A stretch of 64,000 nucleotides of DNA from Actinomycetes bacterium. GTDB taxonomy: Bacteria > Actinomycetota > JAICYB01. Below the pieces are notes generated by a model that saw only the letters and a list, made by a program, of their open reading frames with translations, did no database searches and was not told the origin of the DNA. Made by a program: the position numbers and the translations under genes. The DNA is taken from NCBI GenBank assembly GCA_025934435.1, contig JAICYB010000001.1, positions 131,293 to 195,292 on the forward strand, read 5' to 3'. Position 1 is the first letter of the stretch; every line of letters begins with the position of its first letter. Shown one piece after another: positions 38,435-47,160 of the stretch.

Positions 38435-39934
38435 GTGTCCACCGACGTGGGTCTCCTTCGCGCCGACGCCGTCATCGTCGGCGGCGGTCTGGCCGGGCTC
38501 TGGGCTGCGCTGCATCTGCCCGCGGAATGGGAGGTCATCGTCGTCGACAAGGGGCGCGGTCCCGATCACGGTTCGTCGCCGTGGGCGCAGGGCGGCATGG
38601 CCGTCGCAGCCGGTCCGGACGATTCACCTTCTCTCCACGCCGCCGACACCTTCCGCGCCGGAGCGGATACGTGCCACGAAGATGCCGTCCAAGCGCTGGT
38701 GGACGAAGCACGCGAAGCGCTCGACGAGCTCGTGTTGCTCGGCTGCGCGTTCGACCGCGCCGACGACGGGTCGTTCGATCTGAACCGCGAAGGCGGGCAG
38801 TCGGTCGCGCGGTCCGTCCACGCCGCGGACGCGACCGGACGGGAGATCATGCGGGTCGTCGTCGCCGAAGCGCGGAAGCGCGCGCAACGGATCGTCGGGA
38901 GCGCTTCCCGGATCCTTCTCGACGACGGACGATGCGCGGGCGTGCGCGTCTCGACCGACCACGGCGAGGTCGACGTCCTCGGACGATCGACCCTCCTCGC
39001 CGTCGGCGGATGCGGTGCGCTCTACGAACAGACGACGAACCCGGAGACCGCGACCGGAGACGGCATCGCCCTTGCCTACGACGCGGGCGCCGACGTCGCC
39101 GACTGCGAATTCGTGCAGTTCCACCCCACGGCGCTCGGCGCGGGCGGCACGAGACGGGTCCTGCTCACCGAAGCGCTCCGCGGTGACGGAGCGATCGTTG
39201 TCGACGCGTCCGGTAAACGCTTCCTTCTCGACGTGCATCCCGACGGCGAGCTCGCGCCGCGAGACGTCGTCGCTCGCGCGATCGCCGAAGCCGGCGAAGC
39301 GTTCCTCGACGCGCGCCCGATCGGCGCGGCGCAGCTTCGCACGCGGTTCCCGAACGTGACGAAGGCCGCCGCGGACGCGGGCTTCGACCTCACGGCGAGC
39401 CCCGTCCCCATCGCACCGGCGGCGCATTACTTCCTCGGCGGCGTCGCCACCGACATCTGGGGACGCACGACGATCCCCGGTCTGTTCGCGGCGGGGGAGT
39501 GCGCAGCGACCGGTGTCCACGGCGCGAACCGCATGGCGGGTAACTCGCTCACCGAAGCCGTCGTCTTCGGACGCCGCGCCGCCATGACCATGACCGATGA
39601 AGCCGAGCCGACCGGGGTCCCCGTGGTCGAAGACGACAGCGAGCCCGCCGTGCGTGCGATCGGCGCCGACGACTGGGCGAAGGTCCGGCACGCGATGTCG
39701 TCGGGTGCCGGACTCATCCGGACGAAGCACTCGCTCGAGCAGGCGCTCCGAGCTTTGGCCGGCGTGAGTGGTTCGTCCTCCGTGAAAGCGGCGGCGACGG
39801 CCGGAGCGTTGATCTGCCGCTCGGCCCTCGAGCGGATCGAGAGCCGAGGCGTCCATTTCCGGTCCGACCATCCGGACCGCCAGCGCGGATGGGATGGGCG
39901 CCACGTTACGCTCGGCGAAAAGGAGAATCGATGA
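38435..39934 (+). CDS. nadB: L-aspartate oxidase
   Basis: DAVIVGGGLAGLWAAL FAD fold; RSVHAADATGREI; PAAHYFLGGV active-site region. Confidence 0.7.
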   Translation: MSTDVGLLRADAVIVGGGLAGLWAALHLPAEWEVIVVDKGRGPDHGSSPWAQGGMAVAAGPDDSPSLHAADTFRAGADTCHEDAVQALVDEAREALDELVLLGCAFDRADDGSFDLNREGGQSVARSVHAADATGREIMRVVVAEARKRAQRIVGSASRILLDDGRCAGVRVSTDHGEVDVLGRSTLLAVGGCGALYEQTTNPETATGDGIALAYDAGADVADCEFVQFHPTALGAGGTRRVLLTEALRGDGAIVVDASGKRFLLDVHPDGELAPRDVVARAIAEAGEAFLDARPIGAAQLRTRFPNVTKAAADAGFDLTASPVPIAPAAHYFLGGVATDIWGRTTIPGLFAAGECAATGVHGANRMAGNSLTEAVVFGRRAAMTMTDEAEPTGVPVVEDDSEPAVRAIGADDWAKVRHAMSSGAGLIRTKHSLEQALRALAGVSGSSSVKAAATAGALICRSALERIESRGVHFRSDHPDRQRGWDGRHVTLGEKENR

Positions 39935-41727
39935 GCGATCTGCCGCGCTGGGATATGACGCCGGTGTTCCCGTCATTCGAGTCGGAGGCATTCGAGGACT
40001 CGTACGGGTGGCTGCTCACGCGCATCGCAGATCTGAAGGAGACGTTCGAGAAGCGCGGCATCCGCAAGCTCGAGGACGGAACGGTCGACGACGAGCTCGT
40101 CTACGCCTTCGAAGATGTCGTCGAGCGGTTCAACGACATCTACGAGCTCGCGGGCAAGATACGCGCGTACATCCACGCGTTCGTCACGACCAACGCCAAG
40201 GACGACGACGCTCAGGGACGCAGCTCGAAGTTCGAGATCGAAACGATCGACGTCGGCAAGCTGGAGACGCGTTTCGTCGCGTGGATCGGTTCCCTCGACG
40301 TCGAAACGCTCATCGAGAAGTCCGCCGTCGCCGCCGACCACGAATTCTTCGTCCGGCGCTGTGCCGCGTTCGCGGAGCGTCAGCTGACCGAAGCGGAAGA
40401 AGATCTGATCTCGAGCCTCGGGCCGGCGGGCATCAATGCGTGGGCGAAGCTGCACGGCAATGTCTCGTCGCGGGTGATGGTCGACGTCGGCAAGCCGGAC
40501 GGATCCACGCAGCGTCTCCCGATCGCCGCTATCCCGGGCCTCCTGGAGGATCCGGACGAGGCCGTTCGCTCCGCGGCATTCCATGCGTCCATCGAAGCCT
40601 GGCCGACCGTCGAGGTGCCGCTCGGTGCTGCGCTCAATTCGATCAAGGGCTGGCAGAACGAGATCGGCGACCGCCGGGGATGGCCGGACTCGATCGAGCC
40701 GTCCCTTTGGAACAACAACGTCGACCGCGCGACGCTCGAAGCGATGCAGCAAGCGTGCATCGAATCGTTCCCCGACTTCGCGCGGTACATGAACGCGAAA
40801 GCGAAGCTCATCGGCAAGGACCGGCTCGCGTGGTGGGACCTGTCCGCCCCGATCGGCGAGACCGGTCGCTCCTGGAACTGGGACGAAACCGCGTCATTCA
40901 TCGTCGAGCAGTTCGGTACGTACTCGGACCGACTCGCGAACCTGGCGTCTCGCGCGTTCCTCGAATGCTGGATCGATGCCGAGCCGCGCGAGGGCAAGCG
41001 GCCGGGCGGGTTCTGCATGCGCGTGCAGCACGACGAGTCGCGCATCTTCGTGAACTTCACGAATACGTTCCAAGCCGTCACAACCGTGGCGCACGAGCTC
41101 GGCCACGCGTTCCACAACCTGAACCTCGCGAACAGGACGCCGCTCCAGCGCCGTACGCCCATGGCGCTCGCCGAGACCGCGTCCACCTTCTGCGAAACGA
41201 TCGTCGGCGGCGCATTGCTGTCGAACGCGTCGGCCGAAGAGAAGCCGTCGCTCCTGAACGGCGATCTCATCCGGGACATGTTGATCGTCGTCTCGATCCA
41301 CAGCCGGTTCCTCTTCGAGAAAGCCGTCTACGAAGGGCGGCGCAAGCGCGAGCTTTCGCCGGCCGAGCTGTGCAAGACGATGGCGGACGCCCAGCTGGAG
41401 GTCTTCGGCGACGCGATCGACCCGAACGGTCTGCATCCGTACATGTGGTGCGTCAGCCCGCACTATTACGGGTCGCAGTACTACAACTGGCCGTACACCT
41501 TCGGGCTGCTGTTCGGGCTCGGTCTGTACAAGCGCTTCGAGGCCGACCCGGACGGCTTCCGCTCCGGATACGACGAGCTGCTGTCGTCCACGGGCACGGC
41601 CGACGCGGCGACGCTCTGCGCGCGCTTCGACATCGACGTGCGCAGTGTGGACTTCTGGCGATCGAGTCTGGACGTCTGCCGTTCACGCATCGACGAATTC
41701 GTCGGGCTTGCTTCGGTGCCCGTTTAG
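39931..41727 (+). CDS. M3 family oligoendopeptidase (PepF-like)
   Basis: Start MSDLPRWDM after AAAAGGAGA RBS; ATG overlaps nadB stop (ATGA); HELGHAFHNL zinc motif. Confidence 0.8.
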   Translation: MSDLPRWDMTPVFPSFESEAFEDSYGWLLTRIADLKETFEKRGIRKLEDGTVDDELVYAFEDVVERFNDIYELAGKIRAYIHAFVTTNAKDDDAQGRSSKFEIETIDVGKLETRFVAWIGSLDVETLIEKSAVAADHEFFVRRCAAFAERQLTEAEEDLISSLGPAGINAWAKLHGNVSSRVMVDVGKPDGSTQRLPIAAIPGLLEDPDEAVRSAAFHASIEAWPTVEVPLGAALNSIKGWQNEIGDRRGWPDSIEPSLWNNNVDRATLEAMQQACIESFPDFARYMNAKAKLIGKDRLAWWDLSAPIGETGRSWNWDETASFIVEQFGTYSDRLANLASRAFLECWIDAEPREGKRPGGFCMRVQHDESRIFVNFTNTFQAVTTVAHELGHAFHNLNLANRTPLQRRTPMALAETASTFCETIVGGALLSNASAEEKPSLLNGDLIRDMLIVVSIHSRFLFEKAVYEGRRKRELSPAELCKTMADAQLEVFGDAIDPNGLHPYMWCVSPHYYGSQYYNWPYTFGLLFGLGLYKRFEADPDGFRSGYDELLSSTGTADAATLCARFDIDVRSVDFWRSSLDVCRSRIDEFVGLASVPV

Positions 41728-42554
41728 ATCCTGGCGCGCACGAACTCGCCGATCTTCGCGACGGCTTCGTCCGACTCCGGCATATAGCCGGCGAAGATGT
41801 GCCAGACGTGGAACATGTCCGGCACGATCTCGATCGTGACGTCGACGCCGGCGTCCTTCGCGCGTTCCGCCACGTGCACGGCGTCATCGCGAAGCATCTC
41901 GTCGGACGCGGCATGGACGAGCAGCGGCGGGAACCCGCTGAGGTCGCCGTAGACCGGTGATGCGAGCGGCGAGCGAGGATCGGCGCCCCCGAGATACCAG
42001 TCGGCTGATTCCTTCAAGCGCGCTGCGTTCAACATCGCGTCCGCCGTCGGTGGGTGTTCCGTCGAGAGGTCCGTCCACGGCGAGATGAGGACGGCGCACG
42101 CCGGCAGTGGGATGCGCTCTTCGCGCAGTTGCAGCATCAGCGCGAGTGCGAGCCCGCCGCCGGCCGAGTCTCCGGCGACGGCGATGTGTTCGGCGGCGTT
42201 GCGTTCGAGCAGCCACCGGTACGCGGCGACGGCATCGTCGACCGCGGCGGGACACGGATGCTCCGGCGCGAGCCGGTACTCGATCGCGAGCACTCGCGCG
42301 TGAGCTTCGCGCGAGATCGCCGCCGTGAGACGGCGGTGCGTCCGCGGGGACGAGTGCACGTACGCGCCGCCGTGCAGATACAACACGGCGCGGTCGCGCG
42401 ACGCGTTCGGCGCTTCGACCCATTCCGCGGGAACGCCGCCCGCTTGCGCCGCGGTGAACGTGACGTCGTCGGGCGGCGGCATGAGACCCGATGCTGCTTC
42501 GGAGTTCGCTCGACGTTGCTCGAGGGTGGACTCCTGGTTGTTCCGTTCGCGCAT
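41724..42554 (-). CDS. Alpha/beta hydrolase fold-3 esterase/lipase (HSL family)
   Basis: VLYLHGGAY oxyanion motif, GDSAGGGLA nucleophile elbow. Start set at MRERNNQ (ATG 42554). Confidence 0.75.
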   Translation of the reverse strand: MRERNNQESTLEQRRANSEAASGLMPPPDDVTFTAAQAGGVPAEWVEAPNASRDRAVLYLHGGAYVHSSPRTHRRLTAAISREAHARVLAIEYRLAPEHPCPAAVDDAVAAYRWLLERNAAEHIAVAGDSAGGGLALALMLQLREERIPLPACAVLISPWTDLSTEHPPTADAMLNAARLKESADWYLGGADPRSPLASPVYGDLSGFPPLLVHAASDEMLRDDAVHVAERAKDAGVDVTIEIVPDMFHVWHIFAGYMPESDEAVAKIGEFVRARI

Positions 42555-42592
42555 CGCTTTCGCGATGAACTGGAACGCGTCGCTCGGCACGC

Positions 42593-43000
42593 TTACAAGT
42601 ACAGCAATTCCGAGTCGCCTTCGTCGTCGGCGACGACGCGCGAGCAGGTGGGGCAGTACCAGCGCGCTTCCATCGGTGTGCCGCAGTCGCCGTGGCGAAC
42701 CGGCTCGCCGCCCGCTGAGCGCGCGCCCCAGTCCGCGAGCAGGCGGAGCGCGCCGGCGAGCTCGCGCCCGGAGGCGGTGAGCTCGTAGCTGAACCGGACG
42801 GGACGCTGCGAATACGGACGCGCGAGGACGATGCCCTCCGCCTCGAGCCGCTTCAGCCGCGAGGACAGGATGTTCGGCGCGATGCCCTCGACCGTCTCCG
42901 ACAGGTCGTTGAACCGCCGGGGCCCGCCGAGCAAGGCGTCGACGATCAGGAGCATCCACCGGTCGCCGACGCGCTCGAGGGTCGCCGAGAGCGGATCCAT
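42593..43000 (-). CDS. HxlR-family winged-helix regulator with C-terminal Cys-rich (zinc-ribbon-like) extension
   Basis: WMLLIVDALLGGPRRFNDLSETVEGIAPNILSSRLKRLEAEGIV; tail HGDCGTPMEARWYCPTC. Confidence 0.75.
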   Translation of the reverse strand: MDPLSATLERVGDRWMLLIVDALLGGPRRFNDLSETVEGIAPNILSSRLKRLEAEGIVLARPYSQRPVRFSYELTASGRELAGALRLLADWGARSAGGEPVRHGDCGTPMEARWYCPTCSRVVADDEGDSELLYL

Positions 43001-43065
43001 GGTCTTGACCTCCGGAATATCCAGTAGTAACTTGCAAGTTACAAGTTACCAGCGTAGGAGACGAT

Positions 43066-43941
43066 ATGACAACGATCTCGGATGTTCAGGAAGCGGTCTC
43101 GCAGGTCGCGGGCTCGGTGGGCCGGCAGGTGGTCGGGATCAGCGGGAGGCGATCTGCCGGTTCCGGCGTGGTCATCGCGAAGGGCCGCGTCCTGACGAAC
43201 GCCCACAACCTGTCCGGTGAGGAGGTCACCGTGACCTTCCCCGACGGGCGCACGGCCGTCGCGAAGCCGCTCGGTGTCGACACCGACGGCGACGTCGCCG
43301 TCCTCGAGGTCGACACCAACGGTGCGCCGGCGATCGACTGGGGTAAGGATGCCCCCTCGGTCGGCGCACCGGTCTTCGCGCTCGCGAACCCCGGCGGGCG
43401 CGGCCTCCGCGTCACCTTCGGCCTCGTCTCGGGGACCGAGCGGACCTTCCGCGGCCCCCGCGGACGCAAGATCGGCGAATCGATCGAACACACGGCGCCG
43501 CTGCTTCCCGGTTCGTCCGGGGGGCCGATCGTCGACGAGTCCGGGCGTCTGCTCGGCATCAACACGCACCGCCTCGGCGAAGGGTTCTACCTCGCGATCC
43601 CCGCGGACGAAGCCCTGAAGCAGCGCATCGACACCCTCGCGCGCGGCGAATCGCCGAAGCAGGTTCGGCTCGGCATCGCGATCCTTCCGCCGCACATCGC
43701 GAAGCGCCTTCGCCGGTCGGTCGGTCTGCCCGAAGCGGAGGGCGTGCTCGTCCGCGGCGTGGAGGACGATTCACCGGGCGCGCGCGCGGGTCTTGTCCAA
43801 GGAGATCTCATCACCGCCGTCGGCGGCCAAGCGATCGGCGGCGTCGACGATCTCATGAGCGCATTGCAATCGGCGTCCGGCGACATCGAACTGAAGATCC
43901 TGCGCGGTACGGAAGAACGAACCGTGAAAGTGAGTTTCTGA
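43066..43941 (+). CDS. HtrA/DegP-like trypsin-fold serine protease with PDZ domain (no signal peptide)
   Basis: GSGVVIAKGRVLTNAHNL (His), DVAVLEV (Asp), GSSGGPIV (Ser); C-terminal PDZ. Confidence 0.8.
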   Translation: MTTISDVQEAVSQVAGSVGRQVVGISGRRSAGSGVVIAKGRVLTNAHNLSGEEVTVTFPDGRTAVAKPLGVDTDGDVAVLEVDTNGAPAIDWGKDAPSVGAPVFALANPGGRGLRVTFGLVSGTERTFRGPRGRKIGESIEHTAPLLPGSSGGPIVDESGRLLGINTHRLGEGFYLAIPADEALKQRIDTLARGESPKQVRLGIAILPPHIAKRLRRSVGLPEAEGVLVRGVEDDSPGARAGLVQGDLITAVGGQAIGGVDDLMSALQSASGDIELKILRGTEERTVKVSF

Positions 43942-44069
43942 CGACATCGGCGGTGGAAGACGTCGCGGACCTCGAGCGTCTCATGACGGGCGACATCAGC
44001 CGCACGCTCCCGATGACGGTGCTGCGCGAGCAGGGCCCGGTCGGCCTCGACATCGCCCGGCGGGAGCTC

Positions 44070-44112
44070 GAACGCGATATATCTTGACCCGACCGATGAA
44101 CGCGATATATCG
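44070..44112 (+). promoter_or_regulatory. Two direct copies of GAACGCGATATATC(G) (palindromic core GATATATC) bracketing a TTGACC -35; putative PadR operator/promoter
   Basis: Copies at 44070-44083 and 44098-44112. TTGACC at 44084-44089 with a TATATC -10-like element about 16 nt downstream; gene ATG at 44143. Confidence 0.4.
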
Positions 44113-44142
44113 TGAGTGCGAACTCACGAAGGGGGTCGCGTC

Positions 44143-44949
44143 ATGGATCGGTGGGTCGTAGCAGATGACTTCTCGCAGGATCTCTCCGACGTCTCGAGCG
44201 TGACGGTTCGCGTCGTCGCCGGCGACGTCACGGTGACTGCGGGCGCGAAGTCGAGCGTGGAGGTTCGCCGGCTGTCCGGCACAGATGTGCACGTCGAGTA
44301 CCGCGACGGATCGCTCCTCGTCGCGCAGCCCGATCCGGACACGGCTCCGATCGAGCGCTTCATCAAGATGTTCACGGAAGGCTCGCGACACCGCTGCAGT
44401 GTTGCCGTGACGGCAGCGCCCGGCGCGAAGATCTCGATCACGACCGTCTCCGCGGAAGTCGTCGTTTCGGGCTTCGACGGCGGCACGAACGTGAAGACCG
44501 TTTCCGGCGAAGTGACGCTGTCGCGTCTCGGGAAAGATCTCGACGTGAAGACGGTGTCCGGCGAGATCCAAGCGAAGGACGTCGCCGGCGGGCTCAAGCT
44601 GAAGACGGTTTCCGGCGACATCGCGATCGTCGACGGCAACTGCCGCTGGGTGGATGCGAAAGCCGTCTCCGGCGACGTGCTCCTCGATCTCGATCTGGAT
44701 CCGTCCGGCACCTACGACGTGTCGACGGTTTCCGGCGCCGTCGCCGTGCGAACGACCGCGGAGCCGAATCTGGCGATCGATGCATCGTCCGTTTCCGGAC
44801 GCCTCACTTCCGATTTCGGTATCGCGTGGAACGAGAAGCCGGGCCGGAAGCACCTGTCCGAGACGATCGGTTCCGGCGGCGCGCGTCTGTGGGTGAAGAC
44901 GGTGTCCGGCGATCTTCGCGTACTGCGAGGGAGACAGGCCGTAGCGTGA
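44143..44949 (+). CDS. DUF4097 family beta-strand repeat protein (putative adhesin-like)
   Basis: Repeated VKTVSGEV/VKTVSGDI strands. RBS GAAGGGGG. Stop overlaps the PadR GTG start (GTGA). Confidence 0.7.
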   Translation: MDRWVVADDFSQDLSDVSSVTVRVVAGDVTVTAGAKSSVEVRRLSGTDVHVEYRDGSLLVAQPDPDTAPIERFIKMFTEGSRHRCSVAVTAAPGAKISITTVSAEVVVSGFDGGTNVKTVSGEVTLSRLGKDLDVKTVSGEIQAKDVAGGLKLKTVSGDIAIVDGNCRWVDAKAVSGDVLLDLDLDPSGTYDVSTVSGAVAVRTTAEPNLAIDASSVSGRLTSDFGIAWNEKPGRKHLSETIGSGGARLWVKTVSGDLRVLRGRQAVA

Positions 44950-45671
44950 GCAAGCTGTTCGGTCACGGTGACCTTCGCCTGTGGCTGCTGAAGCTCATCG
45001 ACGAGCGTCCGCGGCACGGATACGACATCATCGCCGGTCTCGAGGAGCAGTTCCTCGGGTTCTACACCCCCTCGCCGGGAACGGTGTACCCGCGTCTCGC
45101 CGCGCTCGAGTCCGAAGGATTGATCGAACAGGTCGAGGCGGCCGCCACGGCGGAGCACGGCGGGGGCGCGGAGGGACGAAAGGTCTACCGGCTCACCGAC
45201 AAAGGACGCGCCGAACTCGATGCGCGAAGTCAGGAGCTCAAGGAGCTCAAGGAGCGGCTGACCCGTTCGGCGCGCGAGATCGCGCGTGACATCCGCGACG
45301 AAGTGAAGTCCGCCGTGCGCGATCTGCGGACGGAAGTGAAACGCGCCGCGGTCGAAGTGCGTCGTGACGAACGGCGTGCCGGACGCGTGACACGCGAGAC
45401 CGCGCATGAAGCGGCACGAGCGGGACGCGACGCCGCACGAGCCGGACGAGACGCCGCGCGCGCTGCGCGTGACGTCGCGAAAGGTGCGTCCGGCGAGATC
45501 AAGACGATGTGGCGCTCGCTGCATGCCGATCTCGACGGCTTCGTGTCGGATGTCGTTTCGGCCGCCCGCCGTCACGATCTCGATCGTGAGCGGCTCGCCG
45601 ACCTTCGGACGGCTCTCCGCGAAGCGCGCGCCGCGATCCTCGAAGCACTCGAGTCGGATCGGCGCGACTAG
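44946..45671 (+). CDS. PadR family transcriptional regulator with long Arg/Ala/Glu-rich C-terminal helical extension
   Basis: LRLWLLKLIDERPRHGYDIIAGLEEQFLGFYTPSPGTVYPRLAALESEGLIE...KVYRLTDKGRAEL PadR wHTH. Confidence 0.75.
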   Translation: MSKLFGHGDLRLWLLKLIDERPRHGYDIIAGLEEQFLGFYTPSPGTVYPRLAALESEGLIEQVEAAATAEHGGGAEGRKVYRLTDKGRAELDARSQELKELKERLTRSAREIARDIRDEVKSAVRDLRTEVKRAAVEVRRDERRAGRVTRETAHEAARAGRDAARAGRDAARAARDVAKGASGEIKTMWRSLHADLDGFVSDVVSAARRHDLDRERLADLRTALREARAAILEALESDRRD

Positions 45672-46471
45672 GACGAAGGTCTCGGCACGGTCACCTTCCG
45701 GTTCAGGTCGGTGATGCGTGCTTCGAAGTGCAGCGTGATCCCCGAGAGCGCTTTCAGCTTCTGCGTGAGCTGAGCGTTCTGGCTCGCGAACGTCACGTCG
45801 ATCGCGAGACGCCGCATGATCTTGTCCTTGCGGCCGGACCAGACGCCGAGCGTCGCGGTCTTCACCGACCGACGGACGCGCTCGCGCTCGGCGGCGGAGA
45901 GCTGCGTCACTCCGCTCGCCGCCGTGACGCCGAAATCGTTCGCGATGGACACAAGTCCGTTCAGAACGGCGCCTACGTCGAGCTTCGCGCTCACCTTGTC
46001 GGTATCGACCGTCCCGACAAGCCCGCCGGGACCGACGCTCGGCGTTCCGGAGATCCAGCTGCCGACGTCGATGCGTTCGAGCGGGGACGTACCGCCGGAC
46101 GTGCCGCCGAGTCCGGTGAGGCTGTCGAGCTGCGACGGCGGGACGGGAACGATCCTCTTGCCTTGTTCGATGAAGGCGTTCGTCCCCGTGGACAGGATGT
46201 GCGTCGTATCGCTCTTGTTGCGATCGAACCGCTTCACGTTCACGTCGAGCACGGGAAGCGTCCCAGGTGAATCGAACGAGAACGTACCGTCCACACCGAA
46301 GCCCGCCGGCTGCTCGCCGGCTGCGGCCGTCTGCATAACCACGTGCAGGGATCCCGACCGGATCTTGCCGAGGTTCCCGGCGACGTCGTGGAGCTCGCTC
46401 GCCGCGTTGTGCGTCGACGGCGTTGCGCACGCGAAACACGCGATCAGGATCAGTGGGACGAGTCGCTTCAT
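45668..46471 (-). CDS. Lipoprotein, hypothetical (last gene of the RRE-M50 operon)
   Basis: MKRLVPLILIACFAC lipobox; 4-nt overlap with the upstream gene. Confidence 0.5.
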   Translation of the reverse strand: MKRLVPLILIACFACATPSTHNAASELHDVAGNLGKIRSGSLHVVMQTAAAGEQPAGFGVDGTFSFDSPGTLPVLDVNVKRFDRNKSDTTHILSTGTNAFIEQGKRIVPVPPSQLDSLTGLGGTSGGTSPLERIDVGSWISGTPSVGPGGLVGTVDTDKVSAKLDVGAVLNGLVSIANDFGVTAASGVTQLSAAERERVRRSVKTATLGVWSGRKDKIMRRLAIDVTFASQNAQLTQKLKALSGITLHFEARITDLNRKVTVPRPSS

Positions 46472-47160
46472 GGGGTACCGGTCGGCGTGGCGAGAGGTGA
46501 AGCGCTCGGCGTCGAGGTATCGACGGGGCTCGACGTTGGTTCCGGCGAAGTGCTCGTCGTCGCCGGCGTTGCCGATGCAGTCGCGGACGGCGTCGCCGTC
46601 GCTTCGTTCTGGTTCTCGCCCTGACCGATCGGGACGATATCGTTCGCGATGACGTTCGCGAGTTGGCTGACGAGCGCGTCTGTCTGCGAGCGGAGTTCGT
46701 CCGGCGTGAGGTTCTGGTTCTGAAGCGCCGCGATCTGATCGAGGATGGCCATGATCTGTTTACGGCCGTCCGGCGTGAGTTGCACCTTGCTGTTCACGTC
46801 GAAGAGCAACTGATACGCCAGCGCGATCGTCGTGCAGGCGTCGCAGTTCTGGTTCTCCGCGATGGCGACGTTCGTCGGCGACGAAACGGGAGCCATCACC
46901 AAGACGATCTGGATCGCGATGGCTGTGGTCGAGCAGTCCGTGCAGGACGAAACGGCAGCGGCGCCGTTACCCGGCTGCGGCTGGTTCGCGTTGACGAATC
47001 GGTACAGCGAGAACGCGAGCTTGAAGATGTCGGTCCCGTCCTTCGTGTTGACGGCCACAGCCGCGTTGTCGGGCTGCGAGCCGGCGCTCTGCGCACGCGC
47101 GGGAGCGGCGGTGACGAGCGCTGTCAGCGCGATCAGCACCGAGACGAACGCGCGCCTCAT
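46468..47160 (-). CDS. Secreted protein with two CxxC-containing internal repeats and Thr/Pro/Ser-rich tail
   Basis: Signal peptide ...AAPARA|QS. Repeats SSCTDCSTTAIAIQIVLV and NQNCDACTTIALAYQLLF. Asn-rich motifs FVNANQ, TNVAIAENQN, LANVIANDIVPIG. Confidence 0.5.
   Translation of the reverse strand: MRRAFVSVLIALTALVTAAPARAQSAGSQPDNAAVAVNTKDGTDIFKLAFSLYRFVNANQPQPGNGAAAVSSCTDCSTTAIAIQIVLVMAPVSSPTNVAIAENQNCDACTTIALAYQLLFDVNSKVQLTPDGRKQIMAILDQIAALQNQNLTPDELRSQTDALVSQLANVIANDIVPIGQGENQNEATATPSATASATPATTSTSPEPTSSPVDTSTPSASPLATPTGTP

Noticed and set aside
43942-44089. Possible ~44-aa ORF (VEDVADLERLMTGDISRTLPMTVLREQGPVGLDIARRELERDIS) between the HtrA-like gene and the PadR operator
   Set aside because: Below the track threshold, no recognisable RBS or motif; could be chance. 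Its stop overlaps the first palindrome.
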